Assembly: GCA_025558095.1 (NCBI GenBank)
Contig: JAIVFI010000023.1
Span: 635,275 to 699,274 of the forward strand
Source: Hyaloraphidium curvatum SAG 235-1
Lineage: Eukaryota > Fungi > Monoblepharomycota
Direction of reading: 5' to 3'
DNA: 64,000 nt
In this document: piece after piece, positions 10,868 through 22,009 of the stretch
How the letters are laid out: the number at the start of each line of letters is the position of its first letter
Numbering within the stretch: the first letter of the stretch is position 1
Made by a program: the position numbers and the translations under genes
Notes under the pieces: model-generated
What the model was told of the DNA's origin: nothing
What the model saw: the letters and a program-made list of their open reading frames with translations, nothing else
Databases searched by the model: none

Positions 10868-13065
10868 TCACAGCTTCCCCTGCGGTGCCCGCTCGACAAT
10901 GTAGTGCTCGTACTCGGGCGCATAGATGGCGCGGTGGTGATGGAGACCGCTCCCCGGCCACATGATGAGGTAATTGGATTCGCGGTCCTGGTAGCTGCAC
11001 GGCGGACACGGCCAGTCAGCATGTGGTTCCCGTGCGCGGCGGTGTACCCACTATCCCCCGCACGGCTCGATCCAAACGGAGCCCTTGAGGAACTCCTGCG
11101 CCTCGCGGTCGAACCGGTCCACCTCCTCCCGCTTGACCTCGTAGCTGAGGATGGTGGAGTCGCACTGCCACCTGACGATCATCTGGAAAGCCTGCGGGGC
11201 CACGAGGGGTGCGGTCAGCACGGGCGAGGACATCCGGCGCGCGGAGCAGCCCCCACATAGTTGATCTGCTGCTGCGTGGAAGCGAAGATTGAGTTCTGGG
11301 TCTTGGGCGGGTACGGCCCCTGGTCGGAAGAGCAGGTCGGATGCGCAGCTTCCACGAGCAGCACGAAACCAACCATGGTATAGAAGAAATTCGGAAAGCC
11401 ATCCACAGTTACGCTCCTGTACGCGGTCGGATGCGGCTTGAACCTCTCCCACAGATCCTTGCCGCCGCGCCCCGTGATCTTCATCCGCGGGTTCTTGTAG
11501 GTCACGTCGAACCCCGTCGCGGTCACCAGCAGATCCAGCTTGGTTTGCTTCTCTGCGCCATCCGCGCCGCGGGTGATCACCCCCGCCTCGTCGATCCGCA
11601 CGATCGGTTCGCGGTTCACCGTAACCCAGGGCATCTGGATGGCCTCGAGGAACGGGGTCGTGAGGGTGTAGCGGCGGCAGCCGATCGAATAGGATGGCAT
11701 CTGCGAGGGCAGGTAAGCAAAGCAAAGGGGAGGCGCGAGCAGCGAGGCTCACCAGGCTCTCGAGGAGCGCTTTGTCCTTGATGTTCTTGTGCATGTGCTC
11801 GATCGCCTTGGCCTGGAGGACCTTTTGGACCCTCGAGCCGGGGAAGTAGCCGGTGAAGGCCTTCTCGCCGGCCACGTAGCCCTCGAGCGCGTATCGGTAA
11901 AACCCCTTCGGGTCGTTCAGCACCTTCTTCATCTCCGGCGTGAGCTTCATCGGCGAAGTCTCGGGGAGGATGTAGCTCGCTGGGCAGATCGTGAGCAATG
12001 GCTTCGCAACGGAATAAGCTCAGAACCCACGCGTCCGCATGAAAACCGTCATGTGCCCATCCTTGACGACGGGCGAAAGCGCGCCGACGACCTGCATCCC
12101 AGAGCTGCCAGTGCCGATCACCCCGACGCGGTCCGTCGGCTTAACGACCAGGTCCTGCGGCCACTGAGCCGTGTGCACCGAGTTGGGGAATAGGTCGAAA
12201 CCGGGAATGGCGGGCTTCTTGGCGCGGTTGAGGAACCCGGTCCCGAGTATCACAAAGTCCGCCTCGTCGGCCAGCCGCCCGCCACGCGTGTCGACGGCGA
12301 TCCGCCACTTCTTCTTGTCCTCCAACCACTCGAGCTCCCTGACCTCGGCCTCTAGGGTGGTGTTCGCAAGCACGTTATACTTTTTGGCAACGAAATCGAA
12401 GTAGCGCATGATCTCCGGGCCTTTCGCGTATCCCTCCGACCAGTCGTTGTTCTCGAAGCGGAATGTGTACGAGTAGGAGGGCACGTCGCAGCGTACCCCT
12501 GGGTACCTGTTGTGCACCCTATGGCGCGGTGTCAACGCCGTGTCGAGACGCCGGATGCGGGCACCCACCAAACTCCTCCAAACAGCGAGTTCATCTCGTA
12601 TATCCTGAAGGTGGCATTCTTCAGGCGCCACTGGGCCATGATGCCGAAGCTGATCGGGGAGGGAATGGCACGTCAGATCCCGATTCCTCCTACTCGAAGG
12701 GACGACGGCGCCCACTTTATCCCCGCCATCCCTCCGCCGACAAACACGATCCGTACGGGCCGCGGATCATCGGAGGTGTACTCCGGCTCCGGCGAGAAGG
12801 CCATCAGCTCGCGCTCCGGGTCAGGAAGGTAGAGAGGTTCCAACGGGTGCGTCGCGGGGGTCACGAGCGAGGCGCCGCGGTACATCCCGTAGGGGTCGGC
12901 GCGCGAGAAGCCGCGCGGGTCTCGGGCCACGCGGCCGCCCGCCGTCTCGTCGCCGCTCGCGAAGTCGCCGGGGCGCAGACCGGGCGGGAGCACCGGCCGC
13001 GGGAACGCGGCGGGGAACCGCTGCGACTGCGGGAACGCGGGCTCCGGGCGGTCCGCCGCCGCCAT
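10868..13065 (-). CDS. Baeyer-Villiger/flavin-containing monooxygenase, multi-exon
   Basis: FAD motif GGGMAG, NRYPGVRCDVPS, BVMO fingerprint FPNSVHTAQWP, NADP motif GTGSSG, ATGF. The last exon ends ...WPGS...PQGKL*. Confidence 0.88.
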
Positions 13066-13532
13066 GCTTGCTGCAGGTCGGGCTGGTCGGTCTGCGGCGC
13101 CGTACGCGACAGGAGTGGGGCAGATTCGGGATCTGTGTTTCCAGTGGGGGGCACCAACCAGCCCGTGTGCGGCAAATTCCTTCGCATCCACCTGGCCGAC
13201 GAGGGTTCGTTCGGTCCACTCGCGCCGGGGACGATGCTGATCAGCAGGGAGCGTGCGGCCGCGAGGTGTGGCCGCCAGGATCCGCGGCATGTCGGAGCAG
13301 TGGACTTGGCTCGCGCAGGATGTCATTGGCCAGCCGGATCGAAGGATGAGAAAACGCAATTTAAAAACGCCAGTCAGCCTCGGAGAGGGAAGCTCAAGCG
13401 TGTTCCGGCTTCCATGCTGCTTACATCAACGAGCTCCAGGACAGGCCGGAGGGGCGATGATCCTACATCTCGTCCTTGCAGCGCCTCCGTGTCGTTTGGG
13501 ACCCCAAGTTGCCCTTGCGGTCCAAAGCCGAA

Positions 13533-14285
13533 TCAAAGGAAGGCTTGCGTCGCGCCTCCGTCCACGAGGATCGACTCGCCCGTCACCGCGACGCTGTCGT
13601 CCGAGGCCAGGAAAACCACCGCCTTCGCCACCTCCTCCGCCGCGGTCAGCCTTCCCCTGGGCGTTTTGGCGATCCTGCTCTTGACCACCTCCGGATCCAC
13701 GTTGATCCCCACGCCCTCGGTAGGCACCGAACCAGGGCAAACACAGTTCACGCGAATTTGAAGCTTCCCGAGGTCCACCGCCGCGCTCCTGGACAATCCG
13801 AGGACCCCTGCCTTCACGCCACAGTACGCCATGGCCCTCGGCAGGCCCTTGAACGCCGCTGCCGAAGCTATGTTGACGACGCTGCCGCCGTTCTCCATGG
13901 CTTCAGCGGCGGCCTGGATCCCGAAGACGACCGATTTGAACCCCGTCCCCACCATGCGGTCCAGCGCGTCCTCCGTCAGCTCCTGGACGGGGCCATAGCG
14001 GACCCACATCGCGTTGTTGACGATGACGTCGAAACGGCCGTGCTTCTCCCGCATCGCGCGAACGGCCGCGAAAACGTCCGCCTTCTTGGACACGTCGCCC
14101 GCGAACGCGGCCGCCTTGCCGCCACGCGCTTCGATGGCGCTGCAGACCTCCTGGGCGACGTCCACGGAGCGGTCCAGGATGCCGACGGTGGCACCCTCAG
14201 CGGCGAGCGCGTTGGCGCAGGCACGCCCAATTCCTCGAGCGCCGCCCGTAACGAGGGCGACCTTGCCGTCGAGGCGTCCGGGCAT
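13533..14285 (-). CDS. Classical SDR oxidoreductase (FabG/3-HSD-like), intronless
   Basis: MPGRLDGKVALVTGGARGIG, NNA, YCGVK catalytic motif, IRVNCVCPG, TGESILVDGG. Confidence 0.9.
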   Translation of the reverse strand: MPGRLDGKVALVTGGARGIGRACANALAAEGATVGILDRSVDVAQEVCSAIEARGGKAAAFAGDVSKKADVFAAVRAMREKHGRFDVIVNNAMWVRYGPVQELTEDALDRMVGTGFKSVVFGIQAAAEAMENGGSVVNIASAAAFKGLPRAMAYCGVKAGVLGLSRSAAVDLGKLQIRVNCVCPGSVPTEGVGINVDPEVVKSRIAKTPRGRLTAAEEVAKAVVFLASDDSVAVTGESILVDGGATQAFL

Positions 14286-14576
14286 CGGGGAATGGGAGGT
14301 TCGATGAACGACGAGGTGGCGAGCCGCGGGTGTGGAGTGGCGTTTGAAGTTGGGCGGGAGACAGCGCAGGACTATGGAGGCAAGGCAGTCATCCGCTCTC
14401 CCTCCATCAGATCGCGATCTTCTTTCGGTAAGACAAGTTTTGAATCCATCCGACGTCTCGACCAGAACTGCTTGAGTGTTGCTGTTCTTCCCGCACCCAA
14501 TCCGGCCCCACAGCTCAGTAGCTCGCTTCTTCCTACGCCCCACGTCGGCCGAAAACGTCCCCTACTCAGACCCGCC

Positions 14577-15080
14577 TCACAGCTTCGGCATCTTCAGGAT
14601 CTTGTGCAGCATCTTGCCCACCGGCCTCCCCTTGAGCTCGATGCGGGCCCGGTAACGCACCACGATCCGTAGCGCCGCGATCCTCCACCGATCCTGCCTG
14701 ACCAGGCGCCATTGGTGCGTCCCGATGAGCACGACCGAGTCGTCGACGATCTCGAGGTAGTACGAGAGCATGCGCGCCTGGTCGCCGTCGAGCTCGATCT
14801 CGTGATTGGTAGAGAAGTGTCCAGTCACGACGGCGGGCTTGGGGCCCCCGCTGAAGTCCTTGCCGCCCTCGGTGTAGGCCTTCACGACGGCATCGCGGCC
14901 ACGGTGCACGCCGTCCATGCTGCCCAGGCCGTCGCTTTCCAGCACGCAGTCCTCGGCAAACGTCTCCCGCGCCAGGCCGGGCGTGTCGAACACGTCGAGC
15001 CGGTGGCAGTACTCGTACGCGACGGCCCTCACGGCGTCGAGGTCCTCCAGGCGCCGCACGCGTTCCTCAAGGGTGGTCAT
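14577..15080 (-). CDS. SnoaL/NTF2-like family protein (SnoaL_4; LinA/BaiE-like fold), intronless
   Basis: MTTLEERVRRLEDLDAVRAVAYEYCHRLD...FAED...GRDAV...HFSTNHEIELDGDQA...WRI, the typical SnoaL_4 pattern. Confidence 0.8.
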   Translation of the reverse strand: MTTLEERVRRLEDLDAVRAVAYEYCHRLDVFDTPGLARETFAEDCVLESDGLGSMDGVHRGRDAVVKAYTEGGKDFSGGPKPAVVTGHFSTNHEIELDGDQARMLSYYLEIVDDSVVLIGTHQWRLVRQDRWRIAALRIVVRYRARIELKGRPVGKMLHKILKMPKL

Positions 15081-15419
15081 CGGGGGCAAGGTGCACGGAC
15101 GGGGAGCCGGGGGAGACACGGGTTGCAGGGGCGCCGGCGAAACGCGACAGCGAAGGACGCCGCGACGCTTTCTTTGTGTGATATGCGCGCTGCGCGATTG
15201 CTCGGACGCGCAGGCAGCAGCGAAACCGGTTGAGGGGCGGAGGGCGACGAGTCGCGAATCGGATGCCGCCACTCGCGGCGCGGATCGAGACTCGATCGCT
15301 GCCACAACAACGGAGAATCCAACGTGGATAGAATAAAGATGAATCAAAGACAGAGCATAGCGCAGAGGATAGTGAAACGGCCTCAAGATTCGGACATCCA
15401 GTCGGAGGCAGCACCAAAG

Positions 15420-16424
15420 CTACATCTTCGAAACCGCGAACCTCCCCACCGCGTACGAAGGTCTTTCCCGCACCCGTGCGAGGTAATCCACGACGGCCTG
15501 GTGCTTTCCTGCACGATCGTGAGCAAGGTGATCGGCCCGAAGAGCAGTGCGCGCCCACCATTGCCCCATATCCGCCCCTCGTACCCGTGGAGCACCATGA
15601 CGTCGAACGTCGTCACCGCGCAGGCATCTGCGATGCTGCGGAAGCAATGCAAGTCAGGTCAAATCCCAACGTAGTAGGATAGGCCAGCAACCAACGTGAA
15701 TTCGGGTCCGCAGATGAAGTCCCGTCGCGGATCCTTCCCATCGGCGAGCAGGATCCCCTCGATTTCCGACACAATCAGCTCCGCCTTGTCCGTGCCCCAC
15801 GGAGGTCCCAGCTTGACGGCATCGGCAACTTTGGCCTTGTTCTGAGGCCGACCAGAGGAACTGTTCAGGCGACCGGCCAAGGCGACACCTCCCGGCGTGT
15901 CCCACCACAGCCATCCGCTCTCGGTACTTTTCCTTGAGCACGGGATCGGTGGCCTTCGCCAGCATCGCGGCGGCCGCCTCCGCCCTCCCCCTCCACTTGT
16001 CCAGCTGCTGTTCCCTCGCCGCATCCCCCGCCGCCGCGAAACCGGCGTGCATGTACCCCAGATCCCCGTCGTAGAACCTCCGCACGAACGCCTCGGCCTT
16101 GGCGCCGCCCAAAGAAGGCTTGCGCCGCGCGCAGTATGAGAGCATGTTCCGCGACTCGGTGATTGTCTCCCCCCCGGGGAGCACCAGCGTCGGCACCGTG
16201 CCCGCCGGGTTCACGCGCAGGTAGTCCGGCGACGCGTTGTCGCCCCGTCCGAGGTCGATCAGGCGGGAATCCCAGGCGAGGCCGGCCTCGGCGAGCGCGA
16301 TGCGCGCGACGGCGGAGAAGAAGGAGGCAGCTGGGGAGCGTCAGACGCGCCGCCGGACCGGGCACCGCGGAGGAGGGTGCCTACAGAAGTGGTAGAGGAC
16401 AAAAGCGGGAGTGTTTGGAGCCAT
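15420..16424 (-). CDS. Glutathione S-transferase (GDAP1/TCHQ-dehalogenase-like), multi-exon
   Basis: LYHF|..SFFSAVARIALAEAGL...YLRVNPAGTVPTL...ITESRNM in the N-domain; FICGPEFTL|ADAC and YLARVRERPSY in the C-domain; ends SKM*. Confidence 0.8.
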
Positions 16425-16810
16425 CTTCGGGGTGGGAGACCGCAGAAAGGTGCAATGTTTACAAGGCACGCGTGCTTTGCCCGCTCGCTGCGCTCGCTCC
16501 GCAAGCGCACTTGCCTTGGCGCTGGCGCGCAGCCTTTAGGCCTTCATAATTAGATTTAACTCATAAATTGTTTTCGTCCGGATATACTATGGCATGCGGA
16601 ACGATGATGCCATCGGCGCCCAGGTCCTTGCACGCATTTTGCAATCGGGACCGCCGGCGGCGCTTTGCAAAGGGAAGAACGGCGCCATCTTTCTGTTACA
16701 AAGATGCAGGATCATCGTCCGAGACTGTGAAACCATTTTGGCCCGTGCCAGGTTTGCGACAGGTTGGGAAGGACATGCATCGCCAGGCAGGAATCTGCAG
16801 ACGCATTTCA

Positions 16811-17110
16811 CGTCATCCACGGATATGAATGCGGCGTCCAGGATCGCTGAAGGGTGCCGTCGGGGTGCAGTTCAGTCCAGGAGCCCGAAGTCGATCACCC
16901 GCCCTTCGGGAGGGCCTGTCACGGCAGAGCGGGGCATGGAATGGCAGAGCAACGTGCTTATCGTCATCCACGGGATATAAATGCGGCGTCCAGGACCGTC
17001 GAAGGGTGGCCGTCGGGGTCCAGTTCCGTCCAGGAGCCCAAAGTCGATCACCCGCCCTTCGGGAGGGCCTGTCACGGCAGAGCGGGGCATGGAATGGCAG
17101 AGCAACGTAC
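16811..17110. repeat. Direct tandem duplication, 2 copies of about 151 bp
   Basis: CGTCATCCACGG(G)ATAT(G/A)AATGCGGCGTCCAGGA...GTCGATCACCCGCCCTTCGGGAGGGCCTGTCACGGCAGAGCGGGGCATGGAATGGCAGAGCAACGT begins at ~16811 and again at ~16962. Confidence 0.9.
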
Positions 17111-17299
17111 TTTTTGTTATCCGCTTACAAACTTGCGTCGGGTAAAGTCGCCGAACGGTGTGGTCGCCAGTCTGACGGCGCTGGGGACGTTGGTCAGCTT
17201 CAGACCTCGGGAGACAGTTCGGCCCGGGAGGTAGCAGGGCGACCATGCATCATAGCTTCCGTCGCATAGCTTGCTCGCGCTAGACGATAGAGCACCACT

Positions 17300-17564
17300 T
17301 CTAGGCATTAAACGGTGATCAGATCTGGAGAGCTTGGTGACTGGGCAGTGCATTGCGTCCCTGATCTATTGCGGGCCAGAGTGCCAGGCCAAGGACTGGC
17401 CGATTCACAAAAAGCTATGCCAGCCTCGCTCGAAAGTAAAGGAAGAAGAGGCACCCGATTCTGGAGCCCCGAAGGAAGAACTTGGTGTTGCCGCTGAGCT
17501 CGATCCGGATCCTTCCGACCTTGCCTCGAAAACAGCGAGCACAGGGGCCGACCGGAAACTGTAG
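17300..17564 (+). pseudogene. MYND zinc-finger fragment
   Basis: YCGPECQAKDWPIHKKLC is the C-terminal half of a MYND finger. The upstream half is degenerate (GIKR*). Confidence 0.55.
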
Positions 17565-17705
17565 ACATCCAGCATCAGCGTAATGTATAACGCATATCTA
17601 CCGCCAATCTGCCAAAATGCGTGTGGATGACCGTCCTTGGGGAGGGATCCGCTCAGGGTGCCCCGCCTGCTGACGGACCCTTGAAGAGCGGCCTTTCCAT
17701 TCCCC

Positions 17706-19028
17706 ATGGAGACCCCGCAGCGCGTGCCTACCGGGACCATGCCCGAGTCGCCGACGTCGCCGGGCCGCGCGGACCGGCTGCTGTTGCGCCGGGCGCTGCG
17801 CGACCTCGCCCGCGGCGCCCTTTTCGCCCACCGGCCAGTCCTCGTGGCCGCCTGCGACCGCGCCGCCAAGGCGCTGCCGAAAGACCTCAAACCGGCACAG
17901 GCCGACGTCGACCTTTTGGCGTCGGCTCTGCACGCCCTGCAGGCGGACGCGCACTCTCACGGCGTCGCGGACCTCCCAACCTTCCTGAAAGGCAACGCCT
18001 TGGTGCCCGAAGGCGTGGATCCCGAGGGTCTGGCTGTCCTGCTGCGGACCGAGGATGCTGCCACCGCTCTGAGGGAGCGCCTCGCCGGCGCAACGCTTTC
18101 GGAGCTGGCCGCCCGCTCGCTGTTCGATCCGGACGACGAGGACGGAGACAACGCGTCGGAGGCCTCCGAATCCCACATCAACCGGCTGCGGGGCGTCACA
18201 AGATCGGTCTCGGCTTTCCTCTCGCTCGCTGCCGACGTCAGCAAGAAGGCCTACCCAAAGGCCAAGGTCGCGGCAACCGCAATCGACAAATGGACGGCCG
18301 TCCTATCTTACACCGTACCCCTCCTGGTCGCCCTCTTTGTTGTCTTTGAGTTTCTGCCTCGCTCCATCCAGCCGCAGGCACTGGTGCTCCTGCTCTCAGT
18401 CGCCTTTCTCCGGCGCTCGACCTGGCTCCTTTCGGGAAAGCACTCAGGCCTCGCCGAGCTCGCCCTCGTCATCCTCCTGGGCGCCTGGTTCCTGTACGTC
18501 ACTTCCCCCTCGGAATCCGACCCACCCACCTTGGCTACTCTCAAATCCACCGCCCGCTGGCCCGCCGAGCGCTCCGCCGCCCTCGCGTACCGGATCTCGG
18601 CCTCGGTCGCGGACACCCTCGGCATCGACGACCTCGTGGAGCTCGGCGACCGCGCCGCGGATGCCGCTTACGATGCCGCCAGGAGAGCGGTCCAGGCCAC
18701 GGTGCCGCAGCTGGAACGGATCGGCGAGGTGCTCTCCAATGTCCAGGAGGCGCTCTCGCAGTTCAACACGACGGCCATCGGGGAAATGGCCGAGGACGCG
18801 GGCGAGGCGATGATGGACATGGCCAAGTCGGCTGGGAGCGCGGTTGCGGATGCCGTGAGCGACGTGGTGCCGGACGCGGTGGAGGAGATGGCCAAGGAGG
18901 CCTTCAACGACGCGGCCGAGTTCGTGGACGACGTGGGGGACGCGATCGCCGAGGGCGTGCAGGACATTGGCGAGGTGGCGGGGGGTTGGATCAAGGGGAT
19001 CGGGCGGATGTTTGGACGAGGGTCGTGA
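17706..19028 (+). CDS. Hypothetical membrane protein with 3 TM helices and an acidic amphipathic (apolipoprotein/LEA-like) C-terminus
   Basis: Intronless 440-aa ORF with coding-like codon usage, three hydrophobic segments and an A/D/E-rich repetitive tail. Confidence 0.7.
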   Translation: METPQRVPTGTMPESPTSPGRADRLLLRRALRDLARGALFAHRPVLVAACDRAAKALPKDLKPAQADVDLLASALHALQADAHSHGVADLPTFLKGNALVPEGVDPEGLAVLLRTEDAATALRERLAGATLSELAARSLFDPDDEDGDNASEASESHINRLRGVTRSVSAFLSLAADVSKKAYPKAKVAATAIDKWTAVLSYTVPLLVALFVVFEFLPRSIQPQALVLLLSVAFLRRSTWLLSGKHSGLAELALVILLGAWFLYVTSPSESDPPTLATLKSTARWPAERSAALAYRISASVADTLGIDDLVELGDRAADAAYDAARRAVQATVPQLERIGEVLSNVQEALSQFNTTAIGEMAEDAGEAMMDMAKSAGSAVADAVSDVVPDAVEEMAKEAFNDAAEFVDDVGDAIAEGVQDIGEVAGGWIKGIGRMFGRGS

Positions 19029-19272
19029 TGTCCAGCACGGAGAGCAAGCGGAGGAACTGGAGAGGCTTGGGGCATTGGAACGGGAGGAAACAGCAGAAGT
19101 CGATACCAGCACACCAGACAGGAACGCATCTTGGCTATTCCTCTTGTACGATACGCTCTTTGATTACAGCTTGTTGAGATCAGTGAAATTCACACAGGTT
19201 TGCCTCGATCGCGAGGCGCATCGAGTCACAAGCCGTCCACCCCTCCGCGTCGCCATCGCCCGCCCCGCCGCC

Positions 19273-20611
19273 ATGCAGATCTTCGTCAGGACCCTCACCA
19301 ACAAGACCATCACCCTCCTCGTCGGCGCCGAAGAAACGGTCGACGAGCTGAAGGCGAAGATTCACGAAAAGGAGGGCGTCCCGCCGCACGAGCAGCAGCC
19401 GCCGCCTCGGTCTCCACCGCCCAGCCGCCCGCCCACCCCCGCTCAGCCGCGCCCGCGCCGTCCAACTTGCCGTACTCCATCGTGCCTGCGCCGCCGCCGA
19501 ATATCTGGCCCTGCCGCAGAAGATGGGAGGGGCGGGGTGGGCTACAGCCGAGGGGTGCCGCCGACCTCCCACCCCTCCCGGCACGTCTCCCGCGCCAGCC
19601 CCGCCCGCGCAGCGCAATGGAGCGCGTCCTCCGAGCCACGTCGGGGGTCTGCGTGCCTCGGACGCGGTCGGTCTGTGGGGGCTGCCCCTCGGGGGTTTGG
19701 GCGTGCGCACCGCCCCCCTCCGCACGCCCGCAACGCTCCCCGGCCATCACAACGGGCAGTGGGCATTTTTGAAATCTGACACCACTTTTGGCGTGGAACA
19801 GACCCCCTGCGGTCACGTTGCGGGGTCGTCCGGGCCCGTACGATGCGTTGCGGCCGAGAAATGGGCGAAGTCCGAAACCCCGAGCTAGCAGGTAGCGGCG
19901 GGGGTACGGGCCTGCCTGCGGCGCGGGTACGTGCCCGCTGACGCGGGGCTCGCTGGCGCTCGCGGGGCCGCTCCGCGGCAAAGCTAGCAAGGGAGCCAGC
20001 GCCGGGGACGCGGATCAGACTTCCGCAGCGCAAGTTAGAGTCGTGTCCGTTCGCGCACCGATGTAGAGTCACAGCGGTGCCAGCGAGGTCGGGGAAGCAG
20101 CTCCAGGACGGGTGGAAGCTCACTGGTGAGCAGTTGAAAGCGTCGAATTACGTGCCGGTGGGCCTGGGGTGTGCGGCGGACTGTGATCGACCGCTGACCT
20201 GTCGGTCGCCCCCCGTATCTCGCGCCTTGCGGCTAATGCCACCATCGCGACGACCACAGACTACGCCATCCGCAATGACTCGACGCTGCACCTGGTGCTG
20301 CGCCTGCGGGGCCGCGGAGTGCAGATCTTCGTCAAGACCTTGACCGGAAAGAGCATCGGCTTCAACGTCGACCTCGCCAAGGACACCGTCACCGACCTCA
20401 AGGTGCGGACCTTGCTCTGTTACACTGCGTCTTGAGGAGCGACTGACTCATGCTGCAGCGGATGATCGACAAGAGGGAGGGTATCCCCGTTGAGCAGCAG
20501 CGCCTCATCTACGGGGGCAAGCAGGTCCAGGACAACGTCATGCTGGCCGACTACGGGGTCCTGAAGGAATCGACGCTCCACCTCGTGCTGCGCCTGAAGG
20601 GAGGGCTCTAA
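19273..20611 (+). CDS. Divergent two-domain ubiquitin-like fusion, first domain interrupted
   Basis: [15 protein letters not shown]...[10 protein letters not shown] [gap of about 680 nt] [12 protein letters not shown]|[31 protein letters not shown]...|...[16 protein letters not shown]...[14 protein letters not shown]. Confidence 0.7.
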
Positions 20612-20885
20612 GAAGGGTCCATATACAACACGAGTGATTCGAAGGAAAGCCTTGTACTTGGAGGAAAAGACCTCGATCGGAGACGGCGCATGTGCGACTG
20701 GCCATACGATCCCGCATTCCAGCATCTTGATAAGCTCCGCAGCGAGATTGGCGTTCGTCCGGCTTGTCTTTAAAGCAGCGGCCGTGTTTCTGTGTCGAAC
20801 GAGAGGCGAGAGACGCGGCTTGTTGACCAGATTCGCGTCGGCTCTCAATCCTCATCTTCATCTGCGCCTGCACGTCCCGTGCGCG

Positions 20886-21749
20886 ATGGAGGCCACCGGC
20901 GCGGCATGTCCGGAAGAGCTCGAAGAACCAACGCTCAGCTCGCTGCCCACGGAATTGCTGTACCAGGTCCAAGGATGGCTCCCCCTCGCTCCGCTCTTGC
21001 GGTTCGCCGCGACGTCGCGTCGCGCGCGCCAGAACACCTTCGAGGCGTGCGATCCCTCTCTCTGGCGTGACAAGCTCGATTTCTACGCGTCGCAGTGGGC
21101 CGATGGCAACGGGAGCGTACGAGGGCGCCTGGAGCGCGTCGACGACGCGTGCTTCCTCGGCATCTTGAGCCGCATCGCAACCAAACCGCGATTAGGCATA
21201 CGGAGCGTTGTCTTGGACTATACGCCGGTCACTCGGCGCACTTTGGACGCCTTGCTCCAGCTGCTGGACGCTCCGGGTTCCTCCCTGTCGCGGATATCGC
21301 TGCACGCCTGTTCCGGCGTGTTCTTTTCCGAGCTCGAGCTCGCGGACCTTCTCCTGCGACCTATTTTGAAGCTTGGCGTCCTTGGGACCCACTTGATCAG
21401 CACGGACACCTACTCGCAGTCCGTCATAGAGCTCGTTGATGGGTTCCAGCTGAACCACCCCACGGGACCAATCGACCTGGCACGGTTCGACCATGCGGTC
21501 GGCTCCATGTGCCATCCCGCGCTACTGCTCCCCGCTTGCTCCCTCTGCGGCTCAACGGAACCCAGGAAGCCCCCGCACGTCGAGAGGGACGCCTGCCCCC
21601 GTTGTGCGCGCAGAGGGCACGCGTGTGGAGACAGGTGGCGATGCAAAGTGGGAGGTGGGCGGTGTAGGCGCGCTGGATGCGGCAGGAGGACTGGGTGCGG
21701 GTCCTGCGGGGAAGTGGGATGCCTTGTCCACGGATGGCCGGCGGTGTAG
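20886..21749 (+). CDS. F-box protein with LRR-like middle and Cys-rich C-terminus
   Basis: LSSLPTELLYQVQGWLPLAPLLRFAATSRR (F-box); many CxxC motifs at the C-terminus. Confidence 0.7.
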   Translation: MEATGAACPEELEEPTLSSLPTELLYQVQGWLPLAPLLRFAATSRRARQNTFEACDPSLWRDKLDFYASQWADGNGSVRGRLERVDDACFLGILSRIATKPRLGIRSVVLDYTPVTRRTLDALLQLLDAPGSSLSRISLHACSGVFFSELELADLLLRPILKLGVLGTHLISTDTYSQSVIELVDGFQLNHPTGPIDLARFDHAVGSMCHPALLLPACSLCGSTEPRKPPHVERDACPRCARRGHACGDRWRCKVGGGRCRRAGCGRRTGCGSCGEVGCLVHGWPAV

Positions 21750-22009
21750 CCTGTCGAAGGATGACGCAAAGGTTAATCGAACAGAGGTCTTTCATCTCTC
21801 GTTATGCACTAGAATTCCATCTACCAGGACTTCTGAACTTGTGTGAGAATGTCAGTTGCGTGACGCCTTCAACTCCACCCCGCGAGCACAGCACGAGCAA
21901 CTGCCCCACAGCGTCTCCACCGGCCTCGCTTCGACGTGAAACGCGTCCCTGGTACCCTTCTCTGTCGTCGGAAGCAGCAGGAACTCCCTGTGCCGGGTCG
22001 GAGTCCGGA

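Noticed and set aside
9230-15080. Bacterial contamination as the source of the bacterial-like genes
   Set aside because: The cyclase and BVMO contain spliceosomal introns and are interleaved with clearly eukaryotic genes of similar composition.
16811-17110. Possible CRISPR-like or mobile repeat
   Set aside because: Only two long adjacent copies, with no spacers, TIRs, cas genes or transposase, in a eukaryotic context.
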